Assembly: GCA_021513715.1 (NCBI GenBank) | Contig: CP084167.1 | Location: 2,880,001-2,944,000, forward strand | Source: Candidatus Heimdallarchaeum endolithica | GTDB taxonomy: Archaea; Asgardarchaeota; Heimdallarchaeia; Heimdallarchaeales; Heimdallarchaeaceae | Length of the DNA: 64,000 nt | Direction: 5' to 3' | Part shown: positions 9,443-19,030 of the stretch, piece by piece | Layout of the letters: every line of letters starts with the position of its first letter | Numbering within the stretch: position 1 is the first letter of the stretch | Notes under the pieces: generated by a model | What the model was told of the DNA's origin: nothing | Database searches by the model: none | What the model saw: the letters and a program-made list of their open reading frames with translations, nothing else | Program-made: the position numbers and the translations under genes

Positions 9443-10930
9443 ATGAATCAAAAATTAAATCCAAATATAGTGACTATTGAACCAGTCACAAGATTAGAAG
9501 GATTAGCAAAAATAACTGTACTTCTTAATGATGAAGGAAATGTAAAAGATGCTTTTTACCAAGTAGTAGAGCTCAGAGGGTTTGAACGCTTTGTTCAAGG
9601 AAGACCAATTGAAGAAGTTTTGAGAATTACGCCAAGAATCTGTGGTGTGTGTCCTATTCCTCATCATCTTGCACCTGCAATAGCTGCAGATAGAATATAT
9701 GGTGTTGACCCTCCAAAAACTGCAAAACTATTAAGAGAAATGATGGCTTTAGGCCATATTGTTCATAGTCACATTTTACATTTCTATGCTTTTGCTCTTC
9801 CTGATTTTGTATTAGGGGAAAAGAAGGAAGCAGGTACGCATAATATAATTGGTTTAGCTAAGACATTTCCAGATGTTGCCAAAGCAGCTATTAAAGCAAG
9901 AGGAGATGCTCAAAAAATTCAAGCGATGATTGGTGCAAAAGCTACTCATCCTGTTACAGTCATCCCAGGAGGAATAAGTAAGGGAGTAACAAAGGAAGAT
10001 ACAGAAAAAATGTTAGAAATGAGTAATAATATCGTAGAATTCGGTAAATTGGGTCTTAAAGTCTTTGAAGATTTAGTAGTTAAAAATAAGGATCAGATGG
10101 CTCTTATTAATAGTGATGCATATAAAATGGATACCTATTATATGTCAATTGTAGGGCCAAAAAATACGCTTGATTTCTATAATAGTCAAACAGTCAGGGT
10201 AATTGACAGTAAAGGAAAAGAGTTTGCAAAATTTGAGTCTGATAAGTATTTAGACTACATAGATGAACATGTAGAACCTTGGTCATATCTAAAGTTCCCC
10301 TACCTTAAACAGATAGGTTGGAAAGGACTTGTGGATGGACCAAATAGTGGTGTATTTAGGGTTAATGCCTTAGCTCGATTGAATGTTGTAGATAAGATAG
10401 AAACCCCTCTAGCTCAAGAAGCAATGGAAAATATGTACGATGTTCTTGGCGGAAAGCCTGCTCATCATACTCTCGGTTTTAATTGGGCTAGACTAGTTGA
10501 AATCCTTTATTGTGGTGAAAAAATGGTTGAATTAGCTCAGGATCCTGACTTCTATGGTCCAAAATTCAGGGAACAGTTAAGTAAAGACATGATTACTGGT
10601 GAAGGAGTAGGGGCAATAGAAGCACCAAGAGGAACTTTGTATCACCACTATAAGACTGATAAAGAAGGAAAAGTAACCAAAGCTAATATCATAGTAGCTA
10701 CAACAAATAATAATGCTGCAATATGCTTGAGTGTCAAAAAAGCTGCTCAAGAAATGATCAAAAAAGGTCAATATAATGATGATGGACTAAATAAAATTGA
10801 GATGGCTTTTAGAGCCTATGACCCTTGTTTAGCTTGTGCAACTCACGCTATGGTTGGACAGATGCCACTAAAAGTGGAAATATATGATTCTAAGAAAAAT
10901 AAGATAAGAGAGTTGACACGTAAACTATGA
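9443..10930 (+). CDS. mvhA: Group 3c [NiFe]-hydrogenase large subunit
   Basis: PVTRLEG, L1 RICGVC, EAPRGTLYH, L2 RAYDPCLACATH with C-terminal extension. Confidence 0.95.
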   Translation: MNQKLNPNIVTIEPVTRLEGLAKITVLLNDEGNVKDAFYQVVELRGFERFVQGRPIEEVLRITPRICGVCPIPHHLAPAIAADRIYGVDPPKTAKLLREMMALGHIVHSHILHFYAFALPDFVLGEKKEAGTHNIIGLAKTFPDVAKAAIKARGDAQKIQAMIGAKATHPVTVIPGGISKGVTKEDTEKMLEMSNNIVEFGKLGLKVFEDLVVKNKDQMALINSDAYKMDTYYMSIVGPKNTLDFYNSQTVRVIDSKGKEFAKFESDKYLDYIDEHVEPWSYLKFPYLKQIGWKGLVDGPNSGVFRVNALARLNVVDKIETPLAQEAMENMYDVLGGKPAHHTLGFNWARLVEILYCGEKMVELAQDPDFYGPKFREQLSKDMITGEGVGAIEAPRGTLYHHYKTDKEGKVTKANIIVATTNNNAAICLSVKKAAQEMIKKGQYNDDGLNKIEMAFRAYDPCLACATHAMVGQMPLKVEIYDSKKNKIRELTRKL

Positions 10931-11433
10931 AAATAGCGATTATCGGCCTAGGAAACCCTATTGTGGGGGATGATGCTGTAGGAATAAGAGTCTTAGATTA
11001 TATAAAAGAAAACAAGATTCTTCCTTACTTTGTAGACATTATGGTCGATGTAAGCCTTTCTGGGATAGGTTTAGTTGAATTATTCAGAGGATATGATAAA
11101 GTAATAATAATAGACTCAATGCAATCTAATCAATTTGAGCCTGGGACAGTTTTAAGACTCAACCCAGACCAATTTGTAAGTGCGCTACATGTTTCTGATT
11201 ATCATAATATGGATTTCTTTACTGCTTACGAATTTGGAAAAGAAATTTATGATGATCTACCATCAAACGAACAAATTGTTATCCTCGGAATTGAAATTAA
11301 TTATATCACTGTATTTAGCGAACAGCTATCTCCAGAAATAAAGTCAAAGTTTAATGAAATAGTAAACGATGTTTATCAGTTTATTGAAAACGAAATAAAT
11401 CAAGAAAAGGAGATTATACGCAATGTCCTTTGA
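10927..11433 (+). CDS. Hydrogenase maturation protease
   Basis: GLGNPIVGDDAVG motif; directly after the large subunit. Confidence 0.9.
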   Translation: MKIAIIGLGNPIVGDDAVGIRVLDYIKENKILPYFVDIMVDVSLSGIGLVELFRGYDKVIIIDSMQSNQFEPGTVLRLNPDQFVSALHVSDYHNMDFFTAYEFGKEIYDDLPSNEQIVILGIEINYITVFSEQLSPEIKSKFNEIVNDVYQFIENEINQEKEIIRNVL

Positions 11434-11836
11434 GTATATAAAAATAGGAAAAGAAGAAAAAGAATTCATAAGTAAAATAGAAGATATCAGCGGACAGAAT
11501 CTATATGCATGTTATCAATGTGGAAAATGTACCGCTGGATGTTCTTTTAGTAATCAAATGGATCTTACAGTAAACCAAGTTATTCATAGATTACAACTTG
11601 GACAAAAAGAAAAAGTGCTGAGTGCAAAGAGTCCTTGGGTTTGTGCAAGTTGTCTGACTTGTACAGTAAGATGCCCACGAGATATTGACGTAGCTGCGAT
11701 AATGGAGTCAGTAAGAGAATACATTCTACGTTATGAACCAGAGAGGATAGAAAGAATGAAAGTTACAGAAGAAAAAGCTAAAAAGCTTCCTAATATAGCC
11801 CTTGTAGGTAGTTTTAGGAAAAATACTGAATTATAA
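11423..11836 (+). CDS. hdrC: Heterodisulfide reductase subunit C
   Basis: CYQCGKCTAGC and WxCASCLTCTVRCPR. Confidence 0.9.
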   Translation: MSFEYIKIGKEEKEFISKIEDISGQNLYACYQCGKCTAGCSFSNQMDLTVNQVIHRLQLGQKEKVLSAKSPWVCASCLTCTVRCPRDIDVAAIMESVREYILRYEPERIERMKVTEEKAKKLPNIALVGSFRKNTEL

Positions 11837-11848
11837 TAGGTGAATTAA

Positions 11849-12739
11849 ATGAAATATTCATATTTTCCAGGATGCAATCTCAAAACAAATGCAAAGGAAT
11901 ATGAACATACAGCTGTAGAAGTTTCAAAAATATTGGACGCTGAGCTCGTAGAAATGCCAGTGTTTAATTGTTGTGGGACAGTTCATAGTATGGTTTCAGA
12001 TAATACTATGAGAAGAGTGGCTCCTGTACGTATTCTTTCAAGATCTGAAGAACATCAGAAAGAGTTAGAAGATACAAAAAATACCGTTGTAACTCTTTGC
12101 TCGATGTGTAGTTCAACACTAAAAGTAGTGAATGAAGAAGTAAAAGAAGACGAAGAAATGCTACAAAAAATAAATTGGCAACTTGAAAGAGATAATCTAA
12201 AATATTCTGGCCATTCAGAAGTCAAACATTATTTAGAAATACTTAGAGATGAAGTTGGTTTTGAAGAAATCATTAAAAAGGTTAAAAAACAACTTAAAGG
12301 AATGAAAATTGCTTCCTATTATGGTTGTATGTTGTTGCACCCAGACAAAGCTAAAATAGATGATAGTGAAACACCTACAGTAATGGAAAGCCTTACTCTT
12401 GCACTTGGAGGAGAAGTAGTTGATTGGCCTTATTTTAAAACTTGTTGCGGTTCTTATCATGTTGTAGATAAAGAAGATATCGTAAACAATCAAGTTTTGA
12501 AAATAACGGAGGGTGCAAAAAAAAGAGGAGCTAATGCTATAATTACTGCTTGTCCTTTGTGCGCTTATAATCTAGATAGTCAACAAGTATTTTTACAGAA
12601 AAAAGGAGTAATTAAAGAAACCATACCTGTCTTCTACTTTACTCAACTTATGGCAATAGCTCTAGGGATAAAATTGAAAAATTTTGAAGATCATCATGTA
12701 GATCCTAAACCTTTACTAAAAAGTCTAGGATTAATTTAA
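11849..12739 (+). CDS. hdrB: Heterodisulfide reductase subunit B (two CCG domains)
   Basis: YFPGC, CCG, CSMC, YYGC, CCG, CPLC. Confidence 0.9.
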   Translation: MKYSYFPGCNLKTNAKEYEHTAVEVSKILDAELVEMPVFNCCGTVHSMVSDNTMRRVAPVRILSRSEEHQKELEDTKNTVVTLCSMCSSTLKVVNEEVKEDEEMLQKINWQLERDNLKYSGHSEVKHYLEILRDEVGFEEIIKKVKKQLKGMKIASYYGCMLLHPDKAKIDDSETPTVMESLTLALGGEVVDWPYFKTCCGSYHVVDKEDIVNNQVLKITEGAKKRGANAIITACPLCAYNLDSQQVFLQKKGVIKETIPVFYFTQLMAIALGIKLKNFEDHHVDPKPLLKSLGLI

Positions 12740-12758
12740 AAAAAAAGAGGAATAAAAA

Positions 12759-13481
12759 ATGGCAAAAGCAATATCAATGAGAGAAAAAAAAGAAGAACTT
12801 GACACAGTAACCATATATATTATGGGTCAAGGATACAAAGTTCCTTCTTCTTTAACCATAATGAAAGCAATGGAATATGCTGGTTTTAAACTTAAAAGAG
12901 GAGTCGGGTGTCGTGCAGGTTTTTGTGGAGCATGTGCAACCGTTTATAGAAAATTAGGCGATTACAAAATATATGCTAACTTGGCATGTCAAACTAAAGT
13001 TGAAGACGGGATGTATCTCACACAATTACCTTTTGTTCCTGCAAATAAAGCAGAATACAATCTTGATGAGATTAAACCTTCAGCTTCAACAATGCTCCGT
13101 TTCTATCCAGAAATAGCAAGATGCTTAAGTTGTAATGCTTGTTCAAGAGTGTGCCCACAAGATATACAAGTAATGGATTATGTTCAATACAGTTTGCAAG
13201 GGCAAATAGATAAAGCAGCTGAACTAGCTTTTGATTGTATTCAATGCGGTCTTTGCGCAATTCGTTGCCCAGCAGAGATTCCTCAATATCATGTGGCAAC
13301 ATTGGCACGAAGATTACATGGTAGATATCATATGATTGCTCCTGACACTCTAGAACAAAGAGTAAAGGAAATAGAAGAAGGAAAATACGAAAAAGGATTT
13401 GAAGAGTTGATGTCTCTATCTGAAGAAGAATTAAAGAAACGATACGTTGCAAGAGACTTTATTGATCAGAAAAAGGCGTGA
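12759..13481 (+). CDS. Fumarate reductase/succinate dehydrogenase-like Fe-S subunit
   Basis: GCRAGFCGAC...LAC [2Fe-2S] plus two CxxCxxCxxxCP motifs. Confidence 0.85.
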   Translation: MAKAISMREKKEELDTVTIYIMGQGYKVPSSLTIMKAMEYAGFKLKRGVGCRAGFCGACATVYRKLGDYKIYANLACQTKVEDGMYLTQLPFVPANKAEYNLDEIKPSASTMLRFYPEIARCLSCNACSRVCPQDIQVMDYVQYSLQGQIDKAAELAFDCIQCGLCAIRCPAEIPQYHVATLARRLHGRYHMIAPDTLEQRVKEIEEGKYEKGFEELMSLSEEELKKRYVARDFIDQKKA

Positions 13482-15145
13482 GTAAAATGATTAGAGGATA
13501 TCCAGAAAGTATGAGAAAAAGTATTGACAAAGTCAATAAAACAAGAGATAAGAGAATCGACCAAATTATGAAAGATTTGACTCTTGAAGAGCGTGAGAAA
13601 GTATTGCACGAGTTTCACCCAGACTATAATCCGGCATACAAAAGAGATATTGGTTGGGGACAAAATAAGGGAGATAATGTTCCTAATGAAGTAGCAGATA
13701 TACTGGAATCATATCCAATTTATGATCCAGATGAAATCGATTTAAGCCAAATAGACTATGATGTTGGCGTGTTGATTATTGGTGCAGGAGGAGCTGGAAC
13801 AGCAGCAGCATTATGGACTGTTTATTCTGGAGTGCCAAAAGATAAGATTCTGCTGGCAACCAAACTTAGGTTAGGAGATTGTAATACTGTTATGGCGCAA
13901 GGAGGAATCCAAGCAGCCGATAGACCAGAAGATTCACCTTTGATTCATTATTTGGATGCTATGGGTGGAGGACACTTCAAAAACAAACCTGAGTTAGTAA
14001 AAGCACTTGTTTCTGATGGACCAAAAATAATCAAGTGGCATAAAGAACTAGGTTTAATGTATGATCAAAACGAAGATGGAAGTTTTGTAGAAAATGCTGG
14101 TGGAGGAACATCCAGAAACAGAATGCACTGCGCTAAAGACTATACAGGAATGGAAATTTTCAGAAATTTAAAAGATGAAGTAATTAACAATGAGATACCT
14201 TTGTTAGAATTTTCTCCTGCTGTAGAGCTATTAAAAGATGAAAATGGAAGAGTAGCAGGAGCGTTATTGTATAATCTAGAAACGAAAGAATATTCTGTCG
14301 TGAGAGCAAAAACAACCATTTTAACCACAGGTGGATTCGGAAGGTTGCACATCGCAGGGTTTGCGACAACAAATCATTATGGAGCAACAGGAGACGGAAT
14401 AGTTATGGCTTACAGAGCTGGAGCTAAACTAAGAGACTTAGATTCAACACAGTTCCACCCAACAGGAGCAGCTTTTCCAGAGCAAATAGTAGGATTACTG
14501 ATTACTGAAAAATTAAGAAGCTTAGGAGCACAAGTTTTAGGAAAGAATGGTGAACAAATATGCTATCCATTAGAACCAAGAGATGTTGAAGCTGCTTCAA
14601 TAATAAAAGTAACAAAAAGTACAGATAATTATGTTGAAACTCCTACGGGAATGAGAGGAGTTTGGCTAGACAGCCCATTGATTGAAGAAATTAGAGGAAA
14701 AGGTACTATCGATAAGAATCTTGCTGCTATGAAAAGGATGTTCTCAAGATTCGATATTGATATGACTGAAGATCCTATACTAGTTCATCCAACTCTACAT
14801 TATCAGAACGGAGGAGTAGAACTTGATGAGCATGGTTATACTTCTGTACCTGGATTGCTAGGTGCAGGTGAGATAAGTGGTGGTGTTCATGGAAAGAATC
14901 GTCTCATGGGTAATTCTCTTCTTGAGGTCAACGTTTTCGGCAGAAGAGCAGGTATATCTGCTGCTAAAGAATATAAACGAGGTAAAAAACCAGGTAAGCT
15001 TACTCTGTCTCATGTAAAGAAAGCAATTGAGCAAATAGATACTCTAAATCTCAAGAAAAAACGTTTTTCACCTGTCATTCTTCCAGAATATCGTAGTGAA
15101 GCAGTTAGAGATCGTTTAATTCAACTATTTGAATCTAGTCTCTAG
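13478..15145 (+). CDS. Fumarate reductase/succinate dehydrogenase flavoprotein-like subunit (TfrA/FrdA family)
   Basis: GAGGAG, NTVMAQGG, QFHPT, LITExLR, PRD, HYQNGG, HGKNRLMGNSL. Confidence 0.88.
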   Translation: MSKMIRGYPESMRKSIDKVNKTRDKRIDQIMKDLTLEEREKVLHEFHPDYNPAYKRDIGWGQNKGDNVPNEVADILESYPIYDPDEIDLSQIDYDVGVLIIGAGGAGTAAALWTVYSGVPKDKILLATKLRLGDCNTVMAQGGIQAADRPEDSPLIHYLDAMGGGHFKNKPELVKALVSDGPKIIKWHKELGLMYDQNEDGSFVENAGGGTSRNRMHCAKDYTGMEIFRNLKDEVINNEIPLLEFSPAVELLKDENGRVAGALLYNLETKEYSVVRAKTTILTTGGFGRLHIAGFATTNHYGATGDGIVMAYRAGAKLRDLDSTQFHPTGAAFPEQIVGLLITEKLRSLGAQVLGKNGEQICYPLEPRDVEAASIIKVTKSTDNYVETPTGMRGVWLDSPLIEEIRGKGTIDKNLAAMKRMFSRFDIDMTEDPILVHPTLHYQNGGVELDEHGYTSVPGLLGAGEISGGVHGKNRLMGNSLLEVNVFGRRAGISAAKEYKRGKKPGKLTLSHVKKAIEQIDTLNLKKKRFSPVILPEYRSEAVRDRLIQLFESSL

Positions 15146-15827
15146 TAACTATTTTCTTTTTTTTCATCTCTCTTTCTATTTCTTTTATTGAAAATATTTT
15201 TCCATGAGAAGGATATAGCCACTCTACTCCTTCATCTATTAATTTTTTCCAACTTTCGTATATCTTTTCTTTTTCATTTGCAACTATAGGAAAATAGCTT
15301 TTTCCTGAAAGCAATGGAAACTTCATTACAATATCTCCTATAAAAGCATGTTTTTGTTTGAAAATTAAAGAAATTGAACCATCAGTATGTCCTGGTGTAT
15401 GGATTATTTTAGCGTCAAATCCATAATCACTAAGTGATAATTCATTACTTACTTTGATTTCTACAGAAAAGGGAGCAATCTCACGCTTTATCGAAGGAAA
15501 TATCATTTTCAGTAATTTATTCGTTAAAACAGCTTCTGGTGTATTCCCTTTTTCAACCATATTAGCTTCTGTTTCATGCATTAAAACCTCTGCTCCTGTA
15601 ATTTCTTTCATCTCTTTCACTGATCCAATATGGTCAATGTGTCCGTGAGTAATAACAATTAGTTTAATGTTTTTTGGCTCGATAGAGAGTTTTCGTAGAA
15701 AATTAATTATTTTTTTATGACTTTTTAACATCCCTGTATCAACTAAGATGTAATTGCTATTCTCTTTTATGAGATAACTATTAACATAACCTAATTTTAT
15801 TCTGTGAATAGAAATCATAATTATCAA
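15135..15827 (-). CDS. Metallo-beta-lactamase-fold hydrolase
   Basis: THGHIDHIG, TPGHT, GD, PSHG. Confidence 0.9.
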   Translation of the reverse strand: MIIMISIHRIKLGYVNSYLIKENSNYILVDTGMLKSHKKIINFLRKLSIEPKNIKLIVITHGHIDHIGSVKEMKEITGAEVLMHETEANMVEKGNTPEAVLTNKLLKMIFPSIKREIAPFSVEIKVSNELSLSDYGFDAKIIHTPGHTDGSISLIFKQKHAFIGDIVMKFPLLSGKSYFPIVANEKEKIYESWKKLIDEGVEWLYPSHGKIFSIKEIEREMKKKKIVTRD

Positions 15828-16136
15828 AAAAAATTTGATTGCAGCATTATATCTTTTTCGAATATTTTGATTTTTATTGGTTTTTTGAAATTTGATTATT
15901 TTTCAGTTAATTAAAAATCAAACTTACTGTTAACTAAAAAATATATTAGCTGTATTACCTTTTAACTTTTAAATTATCCAGATTTTATTGCTAAATATTT
16001 TATTCTTTTGGTTTAACTACTACAATTATTTAAACCATTAATATCTTCTTATTTGCTCTTTTTTACTCTCTCTAATAATAAAATAATGCTTTTTTTTAAT
16101 TAGGTTTATAGTGTAAGCTTTTTAAGGGCACTTTAA

Positions 16137-17522
<1,386 letters not shown>

Positions 17523-17530
17523 AACTACTT

Positions 17531-17558
17531 ATTTTCTTTTCTTTTCTTTTCTTTTTTT
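17531..17558 (+). terminator. Oligo-T archaeal terminator after gdhA
   Basis: Repeated TTTTC tracts just after the stop codon, in a convergent intergenic gap. Confidence 0.5.
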
Positions 17559-17613
17559 AAATTCCAAAAATTAAATTCCAAAAATATTTTTTAGTATAAA
17601 TAAAAAAGAGTAA

Positions 17614-19020
17614 TTAAATAAAATCTCCTGTTTCTATTTTCTGTGGGAGGTAAAAGTTTGTAATAAATTGTGGATCACGTGCGTTTAGTGCCTGAATTTC
17701 CGCTTTGTATCCTGTGTTTATTAGTATTTCAAGTTGTTCTTGCCACTTTGGTTTTCTTTTTACGAACTCTTCCTCTAACATTAGTTTAGATCGTCTTATG
17801 TCTTTTTGAGTCATTTTAATTAGTGCTTCTCTAGGTATATCAAATCCACTTTCAGGTTTTAGATCACTTGGAAGCAAACCTAACCATTTAATATTTGGAA
17901 CTGCAAGATGAGTAGATTCGAAACTAAGAGCCTTACTCCCAACACTATATACTCTCATGATTTCGAAACCGTAAGGGTCAGCATCCATAATAGCAAGAAT
18001 AGGTAGTTGTAAATCATCGTTTATTTTCTTTAAAAATTGCCTTGTTGCCATATCAGGCTGACCTTTAGCTGTAACTAAAATACTTGGGACATAATCGTAA
18101 AAATGATCTTCTGCTAACCTGTTAAAAATAGCATCTTTTTCTATAACTAAACAAAATTCAGCATCACTTTCCAAATCTTCAATATCATCTATATTTGGAG
18201 AAATAGCCTTTCCTGAACCAATAGCTCTGCAGTCAATGAGATCTCCCTTTTCCTTGAATTGCAACTTACCAACAACAATTCCTTTAGAAGAAGCACTAAC
18301 ATTTAATGATGTTCTAGTAGCTTGAATCATCGCTCCTAAATCTTCAATAAGAGAATCAGAAACTGCTTGTTTCTTAAATGCATTAACATTCATGTAAAAA
18401 ATATCTCTTTTTGTACTGTGGATATCTCGGGAGAGTATATCATGAAGAAGCCTCATTAGTATAGACATTTGTTCAATTGTACTTACAGAAGATAAACTTC
18501 TAAATTGGCGTTCTATCATCTGCCTTCCAATAAGTACTAGCTCTTGTTCTTCATCAAAGCCAATATTTCTTTTTCCTCTTGAAGGGATTTTAAAACCAGC
18601 TTCATCAGGATTGTTAAGTGCTTCATTCAAAAATAATAGCGCTGCTTCAACAATTTTGTTTTTAGCTTTTTCTGAAGACATTGTTTCTACATTAGTTACA
18701 CCATAAGGTAACTCGTAGTCTTGTAATAAAGTAAGTTCATTCCTAAGTTTTCTTATTTTATCAACTGAAACTTTTCTTTTGATTTCAATTCTCATTAATT
18801 CCTTTTTAAGAGAATAATTACTAAGGACTTTACCTTTATCTAAGGAATACCACTTCTTTCCACTTCTCAAAAAGAGTACAAAAGAACCTTTTCTAAGTTC
18901 AAATTCGTCCTGTAATATCTGGTATAATTCGTTTATTTGAATGCTATTATCAAAACTCATCTTTACTTCAGTTGAAGGCAAAATTGTTGCATTTTTTACT
19001 AAAAAATTATATCTTACCAT
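17614..19020 (-). CDS. top6A: DNA topoisomerase VI subunit A (Spo11 family) with N-terminal ubiquitin-like domain
   Basis: TKRDIFY catalytic Tyr, Toprim VIEKDA and DADPYG, KAEIQAL; extra ~83-aa N-terminal domain. Confidence 0.93.
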   Translation of the reverse strand: MVRYNFLVKNATILPSTEVKMSFDNSIQINELYQILQDEFELRKGSFVLFLRSGKKWYSLDKGKVLSNYSLKKELMRIEIKRKVSVDKIRKLRNELTLLQDYELPYGVTNVETMSSEKAKNKIVEAALLFLNEALNNPDEAGFKIPSRGKRNIGFDEEQELVLIGRQMIERQFRSLSSVSTIEQMSILMRLLHDILSRDIHSTKRDIFYMNVNAFKKQAVSDSLIEDLGAMIQATRTSLNVSASSKGIVVGKLQFKEKGDLIDCRAIGSGKAISPNIDDIEDLESDAEFCLVIEKDAIFNRLAEDHFYDYVPSILVTAKGQPDMATRQFLKKINDDLQLPILAIMDADPYGFEIMRVYSVGSKALSFESTHLAVPNIKWLGLLPSDLKPESGFDIPREALIKMTQKDIRRSKLMLEEEFVKRKPKWQEQLEILINTGYKAEIQALNARDPQFITNFYLPQKIETGDFI

Positions 19021-19030
19021 TTTTTACACC

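Noticed and set aside
6009-10930. Selenocysteine recoding in HdrA/MvhD/MvhA
   Set aside because: The frames are open with Cys at the relevant positions; no in-frame TGA.
6009-12739. Evidence of methanogenesis
   Set aside because: Hdr-Mvh occurs widely in non-methanogens; no mcr or mtr genes in this window.
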